Virus record (IMG/VR): IMGVR_UViG_3300035703_000062
Coordinates: 10,338-74,337 of that record
Direction: 5' to 3' (one strand)
From: a virus
Length of the DNA: 64,000 bases
The notes under the pieces were generated by a model. It did no database searches. It had not been told where the DNA came from and worked only from the letters and a program-made list of their open reading frames with translations. Position numbers and translations under genes: made by a program. How positions within the stretch are numbered: position 1 is the stretch's first letter; every line of letters begins with the position of its first letter. This document shows, piece after piece, positions 24,738 to 35,426 of this stretch.

Positions 24738-26138
24738 ATGACTATTGAAGCTGATGTAGCACAAACATGGCATGACGCCATCATTGAGCTGTTTGAACTT
24801 GATCTAAAGCCAATTACTGGTAGCTCGACGGATAAGTATTATTTCACGGCCAATTTGATGCCAGATAATACGAAGATCAAGTGGAAAGGAATCACGTATG
24901 AGCCACTTCCCATTGCTGCTGCTGGCTTTGAGCGCACGACCAAAGGACAGATTCCGGCGCCTGAATTGACAGTGGCCAACGTCTTAGGGACGTTGGCTTC
25001 AGTGGTTAATACGCTCGACGACTTGGTAGGAGCAAAGGTTACCAGGCGTCGTACATTGTTGAAATATCTTGATGGCGGAAGCACTCCCGATCAGTCGCAA
25101 GAGTTCCCTGATGACGTATTTTACATTGAACGCAAAGTAGCGGAAAGCAGTATCACTATTACGTGGCAACTTGCTAGCAAAATTGATCTGGAAGGGGTGC
25201 AGCTTCCAAGGCGAATTATCACGCAAAACTATTGCCTCTGGGAATATCGCGGGTCTGAATGCGGATATAACGGACCAGCAGTGGCCAATGAATTTGACAG
25301 GCCAATCACTGTCAGCGGGGCATCGTCTGCATCAGGACAGGCATATTTAGCTGCATACGAAGCATATGATGCGGCAAAGAAAAAACTTGCAACGGCGGAA
25401 GCAAAAAAGAATAACTTGCTTGGACAAAAAAATGCCGCCTGCGATGAGAATGCCGCAGATACTGAGCAGGTAAGTTTTGTATTTAAATCAGGAGGATTTC
25501 AAGATTATTCTTTCGTCATTCAAGACGGTGATGGAAACAATATTGTTGCAGTGTGGGACGGAGAAAAAGCTCGCATAAGCGGCACGCAACCTCCTTATCG
25601 CCCAGACTTCAAGCAGAACACAGGTAGAGGCCCCGGTAGCGACCGCAACGGCACAGGGCCTGCGTACAAGGTTGTTCAATACGTTGCAGCCAGTGGCGGC
25701 ACTCTCGACAAAGTAGATGTTGGGTTTAGTAGCGACACGTTTGGCATTAAAGACCTCAATAACGTCGCATTGCTTTTTGTCAATGGATCTCCTGTGCAAG
25801 TAAGGGCTAATTCGTTTTCTGCTGGATATGACCTCGGCAGTCAAGGTAGCGACGGTTTTGCACCGATGAGAAGCATTGCCAAGTTGGATTACGGTGGCTC
25901 TAGTTGTTCAACAATTAGTGATCAATACGACAGCGCCTTGGCCGCTTATAACACTGCGGTGTCTGAGCTTGCCGCTGCTGAAGCAGCGCTAGATGCCGCC
26001 TATGCAGCATTGCCATCAAGTGATGAAGTGAAAAAACGTGACAAATGTGGCAAGCGTCTTCAAAGTTGTCAGCTACGTTTTGGAATTAAAAGCTCACTTC
26101 CATTTGGTGGGTTCCCAGGAGCCAACCTCACACGATGA
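24738..26138 (+). CDS. Minor tail protein L (lambda gpL-like) with large internal insertion
   Basis: IELFELD, GAKVTRRRT..KYLD, LPRR, C.W.YRG.ECGY..DKCGKRL.SC.LRFG..LPFGGFPG. Confidence 0.9.
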   Translation: MTIEADVAQTWHDAIIELFELDLKPITGSSTDKYYFTANLMPDNTKIKWKGITYEPLPIAAAGFERTTKGQIPAPELTVANVLGTLASVVNTLDDLVGAKVTRRRTLLKYLDGGSTPDQSQEFPDDVFYIERKVAESSITITWQLASKIDLEGVQLPRRIITQNYCLWEYRGSECGYNGPAVANEFDRPITVSGASSASGQAYLAAYEAYDAAKKKLATAEAKKNNLLGQKNAACDENAADTEQVSFVFKSGGFQDYSFVIQDGDGNNIVAVWDGEKARISGTQPPYRPDFKQNTGRGPGSDRNGTGPAYKVVQYVAASGGTLDKVDVGFSSDTFGIKDLNNVALLFVNGSPVQVRANSFSAGYDLGSQGSDGFAPMRSIAKLDYGGSSCSTISDQYDSALAAYNTAVSELAAAEAALDAAYAALPSSDEVKKRDKCGKRLQSCQLRFGIKSSLPFGGFPGANLTR

Positions 26139-26842
26139 TTAGCCTTTCTATCAAGCAGGCAATAGCAGGAGAAGCCCGTAAGGCTTCTCCTGAGGAATGT
26201 TGTGGCTTTGTCGTGAATGGTGAGATAGTGCCATGCCACAACACCTCTCCATGTCCTGAGGATCATTTCACCATTGCTGCAGAGGATTACGCGAGGGCGT
26301 CGGCCATGGGAGATATTGAAGCTGTATATCATTCGCATGTGAATGGCGTCAGGGGATTTTCACGCCCCGACATTGCTGCGTGCAAGCAAAGTAATTTGCC
26401 GTGGATTGTTTTTCATGCTCCATCGGCAGATTTCTTCTACGCCAACCCCACCGGCGACGCCCCGTATGTAGGAAGGCAGTGGAGTTATGGCATCCACGAT
26501 TGCTATGGTATTCTGCGTGATTTTTATAAGCGTGAATTTGGAATAGAGCTAGACGATTTTGAACGCGGCGAAGAAAACGAATGGGAAAGTAAAAGTTGGA
26601 CGATGTTTGTTGACAATTACTCCGAGCAGGGCTTCTATGAAATTGAAACGCCGGAGCGGAAGGGGGATTTCCTGTTGATGCAAATTGGGGCTCCGTCTCC
26701 AAATCATGCGGGAGTGATGAGCGGAGACGGCAATTGTTTTTACCACCATCTCATGGATAGGCTGTCAGAGAAGAGTGTCTATGGAGGATATTGGGCTAAA
26801 GTAACAACTAAAGTGCTGCGACATAAGGACGTAAAGGAATGA
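26135..26842 (+). CDS. Tail tip assembly protein K (JAB/MPN + NlpC/P60)
   Basis: PEECCG, YHSH..S..D, G.HDCY, PNHAG, HH. Confidence 0.92.
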   Translation: MISLSIKQAIAGEARKASPEECCGFVVNGEIVPCHNTSPCPEDHFTIAAEDYARASAMGDIEAVYHSHVNGVRGFSRPDIAACKQSNLPWIVFHAPSADFFYANPTGDAPYVGRQWSYGIHDCYGILRDFYKREFGIELDDFERGEENEWESKSWTMFVDNYSEQGFYEIETPERKGDFLLMQIGAPSPNHAGVMSGDGNCFYHHLMDRLSEKSVYGGYWAKVTTKVLRHKDVKE

Positions 26843-27450
26843 AGCGGCGAATGGTGCAAGTGAAGCTCCTAGGGGAGCTTGGACGGCGTTTTGGACGTTC
26901 GTATAGCTTTATGGTGCGCAACCCTCGTGATGTCATTTCGGCGCTAGCCAACCAGCTTGATGGATTTAAGGAGTATCTTTGCGGGGCTCACGAGAACGGA
27001 ATGGGCTTCAAGTTGGTGGACAATGATCCAACTGGCATGAGCTACGAGGAGATGATGATGAGCTGCCAGCAGTTAATTATTGCTCCTGTGATTAGCGGAT
27101 CTGGCGGCAAGGGTTTTTCAATTGGACAGATCTTGGTTGGTGCTTTGTTGATTGGCCTGGCATTTATTCCAGGCGTTGGCGCTGCTGCTGCAACAGGGGC
27201 GCTAACAAAAGTTGGCACGGTTTTATTTGGACTTGGTGCAAGCTTAGTCCTTACTGGTATTGCGGGCCTTCTCACGCCTCCCGTACAAACGCCAAGTTCC
27301 GACTCCAAGAAAAAGGATAGCTTCATGTTTGATCGGGCAGTGGAGCTTACCACTCAGGGCTATCCCATCCCATTGCTGTACGGGCGTTATCTGGCCGTTT
27401 CCCCATTGACCATTTCTTCTGCCATTAGCACTGAAAGCATTCCTGTTTGA
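26839..27450 (+). CDS. Tail assembly protein I (lambda gpI-like)
   Basis: LLGELGRRFG, I.PVISGS, QG.PIPLLYG. Confidence 0.9.
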   Translation: MKRRMVQVKLLGELGRRFGRSYSFMVRNPRDVISALANQLDGFKEYLCGAHENGMGFKLVDNDPTGMSYEEMMMSCQQLIIAPVISGSGGKGFSIGQILVGALLIGLAFIPGVGAAAATGALTKVGTVLFGLGASLVLTGIAGLLTPPVQTPSSDSKKKDSFMFDRAVELTTQGYPIPLLYGRYLAVSPLTISSAISTESIPV

Positions 27451-27452
27451 CG

Positions 27453-29438
27453 ATGGAAGAAAACCTTGCTGGCGATGTTCAATATTGGTCTCTCAGCGGA
27501 TCCGGTGGCGGCAAGAGCGGCGGTGACGCGCCAACGGAAGACCCAGATTCTCTACGGAGCAAGGCGAAGGCTAGTGTGTTGTCCTTGTTTTGCGAAGGAG
27601 AGATTCAAGGGTTTCCAGATGATTTCACTGCAAATCAAAGAAATCAGCGCATCTTCCTAAACGACACAGCTTTAGTTGGAAAGGATGGAAAAGAAAATTT
27701 TGAAGACGTGGAAGTTGTCTTTGCTCGTGGGACACAAAACCAGGCGTCCCTGCGGGGCTTCAATGAAATTCGCGTTGAGCAATCAATTGGCACAAAAGTA
27801 ACAAAAGATATTGGCCCTGTAGTTGCTACCACTAGCAGCTCAAGTCTTGATCGCCTTAATGTGCGAATTGGCGTGGCCTCCTTGTTTCAAGTGGAGGATG
27901 ACGGCGACACAAAGGGAACGGAAGTGGAGTTTAATATTCAAATATTTTCCTCTACTGACGATAGTACTCCCATCGTTGACAAGAACGAAAAGATCAAGGG
28001 AAAGTCGCGTGGCCCATATGATGTGGAATACAATTTTAATCTTTCTGGTACTGGCCCATGGACAGTGAAGGTCAAAAGATTGACCAAGGATCCCGAAAAC
28101 CTAAGGACTAATAGCGATCTTTATTTCAAAGCAATCGTCGGCATTATTCAAGAAACATTGCGCTATCCAAACTCGGCGCTTATTGGATTCACTGTTTCCT
28201 CTGAGTTTTTCCAAAGCGTGCCCGACATTTCGGCAGAATTGCTTGGATTAAAAATAAAGGTGCCGGTCAACTATGACAGAGCAGCAAATAAATACTCTGG
28301 AGTTTGGAATGGGCAATTCAAGACTGAATACAACAATAATCCAGTGTGGGTTTTCTATGATTTGTTGACTAATCCTCGTTATGGATGTGGTCAGTTCATC
28401 GAGAAAAAGGATATTGATATTTATTCGCTTCTTCCCATTGCAAAATATTGCGACGAAAAAGTAAGCGATGGAAAAGGTGGCGAGGAAAAGCGCTTTGAAT
28501 TCAATGCCTACATTAATAATCGTGGCGAGGCCTATGAAGTACTGAACTCTTTAGCCGCAGCATTTCGCGGAATGATTTATTACGCACAGGGACAGATTGT
28601 CGCCACACAAGACCGCCCTGCTTCCGTTGTCAAGCAATTTTCACCAGCCAATGTGATCGTAGAAGTGGCGGAAGGCGGAGAATTAACTCAACCTGCTTTT
28701 GTGTACGAAGGCACGGGGCTTAAAGCACGCAAAACTGTGGCCTTGGTTTCGTGGAATGACAAGAATGATCGATATAGGAGCAAGATTGAATATGTGGAAG
28801 ATAGGAATGCAATTGAACGCTATGGCATTCGTGAATTGGAAGTCAGGGCATTGGGCTGCACTTCACAAGGGCAAGCTCAGCGCGTAGGGCGCTGGGCGCT
28901 TGTTACCAATTTGAATGAAACGGAAACTGTTACGTTCAAAGTGGCAGCAGAAGGCTTTTTCTTGATGCCTGGCGAAGTTATTGAAATTGCTGATCCTTAC
29001 AAAAATGTTGGCATTTACGCAGGAACGCTTGCTGCCGCAGGCACGAGTGCAGTAGTTCTTGACAGGGAAGTTCCACTAGAGGCAGGCAAGACTTATGAAA
29101 TTATCATTCGCACTGCTGACGGACTGGATCTCACTTCAACTATTACCAGTAGCCCAGGCTCCGTTGACAATATCAGCTTTTCACCATCATTTACTGAAGA
29201 GCCAGACCTCCCTGCTGCATGGATTATTCGAGAGGCTGGCGCAGAGCCAAGAAAATACCGCGTAATTGCGTTGAATGAAGACGACAACGTGGTAACAGTG
29301 CTGGCTTCTGCTTACTATGAAGACAAGTATGACATTGTTGATGACTCAACGATACTGTCATCACAGACCACTTCCATCGCTGGATTTGTCGTCACGCCAA
29401 CAGTGAGCGTCGGAAGTATTGTTTTACGAGGAACGTAA
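27453..29438 (+). CDS. Tip attachment protein J (lambda gpJ-like), C-terminally short
   Basis: GGGK..PTEDPD.L.S, CEGEI.G, YPNSA, NNPVWVFYDLLTNPRYG, YCDE.V, GCTSQGQAQR.GRW. Confidence 0.92.
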   Translation: MEENLAGDVQYWSLSGSGGGKSGGDAPTEDPDSLRSKAKASVLSLFCEGEIQGFPDDFTANQRNQRIFLNDTALVGKDGKENFEDVEVVFARGTQNQASLRGFNEIRVEQSIGTKVTKDIGPVVATTSSSSLDRLNVRIGVASLFQVEDDGDTKGTEVEFNIQIFSSTDDSTPIVDKNEKIKGKSRGPYDVEYNFNLSGTGPWTVKVKRLTKDPENLRTNSDLYFKAIVGIIQETLRYPNSALIGFTVSSEFFQSVPDISAELLGLKIKVPVNYDRAANKYSGVWNGQFKTEYNNNPVWVFYDLLTNPRYGCGQFIEKKDIDIYSLLPIAKYCDEKVSDGKGGEEKRFEFNAYINNRGEAYEVLNSLAAAFRGMIYYAQGQIVATQDRPASVVKQFSPANVIVEVAEGGELTQPAFVYEGTGLKARKTVALVSWNDKNDRYRSKIEYVEDRNAIERYGIRELEVRALGCTSQGQAQRVGRWALVTNLNETETVTFKVAAEGFFLMPGEVIEIADPYKNVGIYAGTLAAAGTSAVVLDREVPLEAGKTYEIIIRTADGLDLTSTITSSPGSVDNISFSPSFTEEPDLPAAWIIREAGAEPRKYRVIALNEDDNVVTVLASAYYEDKYDIVDDSTILSSQTTSIAGFVVTPTVSVGSIVLRGT

Positions 29439-29833
29439 TGGCGCAAATTGACGCAACTTGGCAGTGGCCACAGTACACGGGCTATTCAGTGCTCAATGCG
29501 ATCAATCCCGCCATCTGTTGGCAGGAACCTCGCAACAATCCTTTGATTAAGGAGTTTGCAGTAGAACTGTATCGCGAAGAAGACGACCACTGGGTGGATC
29601 TTGGTCATACAACTAACGACTACGTAAAGATTGACACTGGCGATTACGACATTAGATCTTCTTATCAGATCAGGATTGCTACAATCGGGGTAAATAGACG
29701 GCAATCCCCGTGGTCTTATAGCCAGCGGTTCATTGCATCGCCATTGAGGTTTGACTTCACGTCGTCCAATACGGTACGACTTCCCGATGGCTCCTCTAAA
29801 TTAAACCAGCGTCTGTTGTTTTTGCTTTTTTAA
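29438..29833 (+). CDS. Fibronectin type III-like tail tip protein (detached gpJ C-terminal part)
   Basis: TAATG coupling to J; W..P..Y.IRIATI....SPWS FN3 pattern. Confidence 0.6.
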   Translation: MAQIDATWQWPQYTGYSVLNAINPAICWQEPRNNPLIKEFAVELYREEDDHWVDLGHTTNDYVKIDTGDYDIRSSYQIRIATIGVNRRQSPWSYSQRFIASPLRFDFTSSNTVRLPDGSSKLNQRLLFLLF

Positions 29834-29835
29834 TC

Positions 29836-30240
29836 ATGGCACTGTTTGGTCTTGATGCCGCTGGTAACTCTGCTTACGTGCAGGCCGTTGGCAATGGCGC
29901 GGAAGAAACTCCCTATATTTTGCAGCACGATATTTTGCCTTCCGGCATCAAGAGCGCGTGGGTGGCTAGCACGAGCGGAGAAATTGTAGTTTCTGGCGTG
30001 GCTACCAAAGCGCTGCGAGTATTGAACGTGGCCATTACGGCAACAAGCGGCGGCACCGTCCAGTTCCGTAGCGGCGCATCTGGAATTACTCTCACCCCTC
30101 CTTTTCTCATTCCATCGTCTGGTCAGTTCATCCTGTCCAACCCCATGGGCATCATTTCTACCACTGCAGGCGAAGCATTGCAGACAGTGGTGAGCAGCGG
30201 AATTGAATATCAAGCTTTTGTCACCTATCGCGAGGTGTGA
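29836..30240 (+). CDS. Virion structural protein (beta-rich)
   Basis: Synteny, composition. Confidence 0.6.
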   Translation: MALFGLDAAGNSAYVQAVGNGAEETPYILQHDILPSGIKSAWVASTSGEIVVSGVATKALRVLNVAITATSGGTVQFRSGASGITLTPPFLIPSSGQFILSNPMGIISTTAGEALQTVVSSGIEYQAFVTYREV

Positions 30241-31067
30241 GCATGACACGTATTGTCGGCAGGCTTGACGGCCCTGAGGGGCCATTGAATGGCCGTTTGT
30301 TTGTCAAGGCTGGGGGCGCCTTCATTGGCGCCCCTGCTGGCGATTTGGTGTTCAAGATTGCCGATGGCATTGTTGACATTGAACTGCCTCCATGTCCTGC
30401 GGGATTGCCGTATGCCGTGGACTGGCGGGCGATTGGCGACACGCGCCGCCTCTCCTATGTAGAGCGATGGAGGGTGGCTCCAGTGGAAGAGATGAGCCTT
30501 GACGAGGCTCGTGGGCTTATCAGAGCAGATGGCCGGCGTGTTGCCAGAGCAAGCAAGGGTGATTTAATCGAGGCCACTATGCTTCGTAACGAGGCGGAAG
30601 AGCTTAAGCGCAGGGTGGCTGAGCTTGAAAGCGAAAACAGCTCTCTCCTTCGTCAACTAAGCCAGTCTGAAGGCGGGGCCGCCGCAGCACAAGCGCAGGC
30701 GGCTTCGCTGTCTGCAGAGCTTGGCAAAGTGAAGCAACAACTGGCTGCAGCACCTAAGCCACAAGTCATCGAAACCGAGCGCGTGATTGAGCGCGTTGTG
30801 TCTGATGGTGAGAAAGCGGAAGAAATTGCAGGCTACGTGCAAAAGATTGCACTGCTGGAAGAAGAAAACCAGCGACTAGCGGAAGGGTTTAACGAAACGC
30901 TTTCTCTTAGCACGCATTTTGCGAACCTGCATGCACAGATTGATAGACTGAGCAATGAGAAGCAGCAACTTCTTCTTCGCATTGAAGAGCTGAAGGCGCC
31001 CATGCGTACCACGTCTTCACTGCGCAGTGAAGCCATTGCAAACCTCGACAAATTAACTAACGGCTAA
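30237..31067 (+). CDS. Coiled-coil protein
   Basis: Heptad-rich C-terminal two-thirds. Confidence 0.65.
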   Translation: MSMTRIVGRLDGPEGPLNGRLFVKAGGAFIGAPAGDLVFKIADGIVDIELPPCPAGLPYAVDWRAIGDTRRLSYVERWRVAPVEEMSLDEARGLIRADGRRVARASKGDLIEATMLRNEAEELKRRVAELESENSSLLRQLSQSEGGAAAAQAQAASLSAELGKVKQQLAAAPKPQVIETERVIERVVSDGEKAEEIAGYVQKIALLEEENQRLAEGFNETLSLSTHFANLHAQIDRLSNEKQQLLLRIEELKAPMRTTSSLRSEAIANLDKLTNG

Positions 31068-31744
31068 TGGAAAGCATTAACGTCACAGTTCGCGAAGGGG
31101 ACAGCTTTGACGAGCTGTATCTTGCTTTCCAGAAGCCAGTTGGCACTCCTCGTAACTTTACGAGCAGCGAAGTAGTTGCTCAAATCAAAGAAACTTTTGG
31201 CGGGAACGTAGTTGATACTTTTGGTATCACAAAACTACCGACGACAGGTCATCTGAAACTCGCGCTCACTTCTTCTCAAACTGAAGCGCTTCGTCGCAAC
31301 ATTGCCACTGGTTACGACGAGCGTGCCATCACTTATGACGTGGGCCGTCAAGCTGCAGACCCCGCTGATATTGGTGCTCTCTATCTATGGGATTTGAAAG
31401 AGCTGTACTACGTCGATGAGGGCAGTGGAATTGCTTCTATCACTCAAGGCACTGTCGTGGATGTGGGGCTCGGCACCTATCGCATGCGGGTTACAACCAG
31501 TGGCAATCATAATTTGACCTCCACTGACATTGTTCGCCTTTCTGGGACTAGCGTTTCTGGCTACAATCTCACTTACACCGCTAACACTTTGAATATTGTT
31601 TCTAACACAGTGTTTGAAGTGGTGCCAAGTGGTGGTACTCCCTTGTTTAGTTCCGTTGCCTCTGGTGGCACTCTAAAAGTGCTGAAAGAGGATACGATTG
31701 TATTAGGAACACTGCAAGTGAAGCCTCGCATCACTTCAATCTGA
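31067..31744 (+). CDS. Baseplate/fibre adaptor (BppU N-terminal-like) with inserted beta domain
   Basis: I.VREGDSF..AQIK..L.LTSSQT..Y.WDL..V.G.L.V.PRIT. Confidence 0.6.
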   Translation: MESINVTVREGDSFDELYLAFQKPVGTPRNFTSSEVVAQIKETFGGNVVDTFGITKLPTTGHLKLALTSSQTEALRRNIATGYDERAITYDVGRQAADPADIGALYLWDLKELYYVDEGSGIASITQGTVVDVGLGTYRMRVTTSGNHNLTSTDIVRLSGTSVSGYNLTYTANTLNIVSNTVFEVVPSGGTPLFSSVASGGTLKVLKEDTIVLGTLQVKPRITSI

Positions 31745-31772
31745 GCCTCGCATTACAACGACTTAAGGAACA

Positions 31773-33323
31773 ATGCCTGACATCGAAGAAGGTAAACAGG
31801 TAGTAACGGTTGGCCGCAGTGAGCCGATTGCTGCCGGTCAGGCCACGATGGCCAACTCGCTGCCGGTTGTAATTGCGAGCGATCAAAGTCCAGTGCCCAT
31901 CCTGGACAATCTCAGTGCGCCTTCCGAGGTGCATGATGACCTGCTGGGCAACCCTCGCGTGCAGAGCAGTCTGCAACTGTGGGACAGCACAAACATCCTT
32001 GCCATCGATCCAAAGGCATGGAAGATCACTGCTGACCCCACGGGCACGCCTGATTATTCCAGCGTGACGCACCTGCCGCAGGAAAGCGGTGCGCAGTTGC
32101 TGATTAACACAAACGCACCGAACAGCACTATTGCTCGGATGCAAAGCCGTCTGGTATTTCCGTATCAGACAGGCCGCATTACTGACGCCAGCTTTGGCGT
32201 GAGCATGCTGAAGGACACAAATGCCACTATTGAGTTTGGCATTTTCGATGGAAGCAACGGTTATATCATTCGCATTATTGGCAACGATTTGTATTTCGTT
32301 CGCCGCACTAATTCTGGCGAAAGCCCGCAGAATCACGGCGCACCAGTGGGTAGCACTGACTTCACAGTGAGCGACCCCAGCAGCCTGTACAACAACCATC
32401 GTTATCGCGTGCTGCCTTCTGATCCTTCCGTGATGGAAGAGATTGTTCCGCGCAGTGCTTTTAATGGTGACAAGCTCGATGGCGCAGCTCCCAGCGTTCA
32501 CACGCTGAGTCTGTCCAACGTGACGATGTTCCGCATCATGATGGGCTGGTACGGCGGCTCTGCGGCGCGTCTGATGGCCTATGTGCCGGTGGATGAGAAT
32601 CTGCCCGCTGGCGCTACTGCTAAGAATGCACGTTGGGTGACCATTCACCAGCTCAACACTTGCGACCGCATTCCATTCCCCAGCCTGGGCAATCCCAATT
32701 TGCCCATGACCTTTGAGGTGACTAAGACTGGCAATATTGCACAGGCTGTCTATCTCAAGGTGTATGGCACCAAGGCTGAAATCGATGGTGGTGACGCTAG
32801 TAAGTACGACATTTTCTCTCAGGAAAGCGCCGCTGCCAGCATCAACCCTGGAACAGTGCGTCCGCTGCTGACCATCCGTTGCAAGGAGAACATCACCAAC
32901 GATGATGGCAATAGCAAGCAGAACATCATGCGGGTGGTGCCACTTATGGCCAACCTCTCCTCGCAATATCGTGCCAAGTTTGCGCTTGTAAAAAATCCCA
33001 CTGCGCTGCTGATTAGTGGCAGCACTGTTAATCCAGCCACTGCTTCTGGCGTGTTCACGTCGACTGCATCACTGTCCGCCATTGAATACAACACCACTGC
33101 TACTGGCCTGACTGGCGGCGAGCCTGTTGCGACGTTCTTTACTGGTGATGATGACGGTCAAAACATTATCCTTGAAGAAATTTTCCGTTACAACCGTGAA
33201 TTCCTCACTCGTCCCATCTCTAATGACACTGGCGAAAGTGGAGACATTCTCGTTCTGACTGCTCAGTCTGTTGCCGACAGCGGCAACACTGTCGCCGGCT
33301 CCATTACCTGGGGCGAACGTTAA
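31773..33323 (+). CDS. Virion structural protein, lectin-like family paralog 1
   Basis: FPYQTGR, FGIFDGSNG, PRSAFNGDKLDG, WYGG. Confidence 0.7.
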   Translation: MPDIEEGKQVVTVGRSEPIAAGQATMANSLPVVIASDQSPVPILDNLSAPSEVHDDLLGNPRVQSSLQLWDSTNILAIDPKAWKITADPTGTPDYSSVTHLPQESGAQLLINTNAPNSTIARMQSRLVFPYQTGRITDASFGVSMLKDTNATIEFGIFDGSNGYIIRIIGNDLYFVRRTNSGESPQNHGAPVGSTDFTVSDPSSLYNNHRYRVLPSDPSVMEEIVPRSAFNGDKLDGAAPSVHTLSLSNVTMFRIMMGWYGGSAARLMAYVPVDENLPAGATAKNARWVTIHQLNTCDRIPFPSLGNPNLPMTFEVTKTGNIAQAVYLKVYGTKAEIDGGDASKYDIFSQESAAASINPGTVRPLLTIRCKENITNDDGNSKQNIMRVVPLMANLSSQYRAKFALVKNPTALLISGSTVNPATASGVFTSTASLSAIEYNTTATGLTGGEPVATFFTGDDDGQNIILEEIFRYNREFLTRPISNDTGESGDILVLTAQSVADSGNTVAGSITWGER

Positions 33324-33332
33324 TTAAAAGAC

Positions 33333-35417
33333 ATGGCTTATTACCAGCTTCCCCATGAGGTGGGGCAACGACGTGTTGTCGTTGCCAGTGGCGCTAATGC
33401 AGGTACAGTCCTCCAGGAGGCTGGTGATTTTCCTTTCGGTCAGGACGTAAAGGCATCAGGCCTTCCCATTGTCCTGCCACGATTTGGTGGCGACATGGCA
33501 GTGAGCTTCTATAAAGAGAAGCCCACTGAAATCAGAGGTGATATTTTTGGCAATCAAAGGGTTGAGAAAAGCCTCAGCCTGTTTAACTACACGGATGATT
33601 ACGACCTCCGTGAAGACATTTATGTCAGTGAAATTCAAGGTTTGAATGAAACTGGCGAGGATGATCTAGAAAGCGCAAAGTGGAGCCAGCTTCAAGATGT
33701 GCTAGTGGAATACAGCCCGCTGCCAACGGGCTACATTCAGCACGATCCTGACCGTCGCGCTGTTCGCATTGAACTAGCAAAAGCAGGCGGCGGCTTCCAG
33801 CGCGTAAGGATTAGCACGAAGAAACGTTTCCGCTACCAAACTGGTCGCGTCATTCGCTCTTCAGTGTGCTTGCAGATGAGCTTGGCAGATTTGCCAGCCT
33901 GTGAGAAGCTATGGGGAATTGGCGACACGCTGGATGGATTCTTCTTCCAGATTATTGCCGATGGTAGTGGAGACAATTTCCGCATTGTTCATCGTCGCTC
34001 TTCGGGCGACGGCCTGCCCAAGGAAATCATTGTTCCGCGCAGTCTGTTTAATGGTGACAAGCTTGATGGCACCGGCAGCAGCAATGCCGCTATCGACTTC
34101 ACCAAGAACTGCATGTATCTGGTGGAGTGGGGCTGGTACGGCGCCAGTTCTGCTAGGTTCTATGCCTTTGTCGTAGACGAGGCTACAGACCTCCCTGCAA
34201 CCGTTTCAGGCATCCCTCGTGGGCGCTGGGTGCTGATGCACGAGCTGCTCATTCCTGACAGTCTGGATGCCCCTAGTCTCGGCACTCCCGCGCTGCCTTT
34301 CACCATTGAAATTAGCAATAGCGGCTACCTCGTCGAGCCTCAGTACATCATCAAATATGGACTGAGCCTGCAGATTGATGGTGGTGAAAGTGAAAAAGCT
34401 GATATGCATGGCCTCGACCTTTCAGAAGGTCGCGATATTGGTCCCGTGCTGGGCGGCTCTGAAGCCGCCCACTATTTCCCGTTGTTTGCACTGAGAGCAA
34501 AAGACTTTGCCCCAGGGCGTATCCTGAACACACTCCAGGGCCTGCCAAAGTCCATGGATGTGATGAGCAATTATCGCACCGAGCTTGCCATCATTCGTGA
34601 TCCTGAGTTTGGCTCGATCAACGAGGAAGTGGGCCATATTAATGGCACGCTTCCTGCCGGTAGCGAAGGCAGCTATGGTTTGGCTGAATCCATCCTGCAA
34701 GGGCTTGATGAATTTGGCGATGTAATTGATTTGGTTACAGAAGCGCCAGAGGAGCTTCCCATCTCAGTGGAGGATGCCTATTCGGCCACTGACATGGGAA
34801 CTCTGGAGGGCAACTTTGTTCTCAAGCAGACCGTTAATGGTAAGAAGCTTGGCACGTTCTTCATGGCTGCGAACAAGCCAGAGCGTGTTGATCTGACAAA
34901 GATTTATGACTTGGTGCGTGAAGCTATTACCACTGAATACGACAGTAAGTTCGATTTCCCCATTGTCAATGAAAAATATGAAATTACAAACATTGGTGGC
35001 GATGGCACGCTGACACTGGGGCGTAAGCACACGCTTGAAATTGGCTTCCGCTTTGTTATTGGTCTCACCACTTATTACATTGTTGCCACGCCAGGCGTAA
35101 GCACCATTCGCGTTAGTACATCTCGTGGAGGGGCGGTGTTTACCGGCTTCACTGGAGCTGGTATCACCGCTGGGGACTTTGGTACTGCTTTTTACGATTT
35201 GGTGATTAATCAGGCTATTGCATCTCGCGCTCGCCCCATTGATCAAGGCGCTGTTGTATTTGCAGCTCGTCGTGTTGATGATGCATTGCTGACAACATCA
35301 CTGGCCGAGAAGGATGCTGAATGGATGAAGCTCTATAACTGCACTACCACAAACACGTATAATGTGGTTAGCCCAGCGCCCGAAACGCGAGTGTTCTTGA
35401 ACTACGGGCTGCGATAG
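33333..35417 (+). CDS. Virion structural protein, lectin-like family paralog 2
   Basis: FRYQTGR, WGIGD..DG, PRSLFNGDKLDGTGSS, WGWYGA. Confidence 0.7.
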   Translation: MAYYQLPHEVGQRRVVVASGANAGTVLQEAGDFPFGQDVKASGLPIVLPRFGGDMAVSFYKEKPTEIRGDIFGNQRVEKSLSLFNYTDDYDLREDIYVSEIQGLNETGEDDLESAKWSQLQDVLVEYSPLPTGYIQHDPDRRAVRIELAKAGGGFQRVRISTKKRFRYQTGRVIRSSVCLQMSLADLPACEKLWGIGDTLDGFFFQIIADGSGDNFRIVHRRSSGDGLPKEIIVPRSLFNGDKLDGTGSSNAAIDFTKNCMYLVEWGWYGASSARFYAFVVDEATDLPATVSGIPRGRWVLMHELLIPDSLDAPSLGTPALPFTIEISNSGYLVEPQYIIKYGLSLQIDGGESEKADMHGLDLSEGRDIGPVLGGSEAAHYFPLFALRAKDFAPGRILNTLQGLPKSMDVMSNYRTELAIIRDPEFGSINEEVGHINGTLPAGSEGSYGLAESILQGLDEFGDVIDLVTEAPEELPISVEDAYSATDMGTLEGNFVLKQTVNGKKLGTFFMAANKPERVDLTKIYDLVREAITTEYDSKFDFPIVNEKYEITNIGGDGTLTLGRKHTLEIGFRFVIGLTTYYIVATPGVSTIRVSTSRGGAVFTGFTGAGITAGDFGTAFYDLVINQAIASRARPIDQGAVVFAARRVDDALLTTSLAEKDAEWMKLYNCTTTNTYNVVSPAPETRVFLNYGLR

Positions 35418-35426
35418 AGCAAAAGC

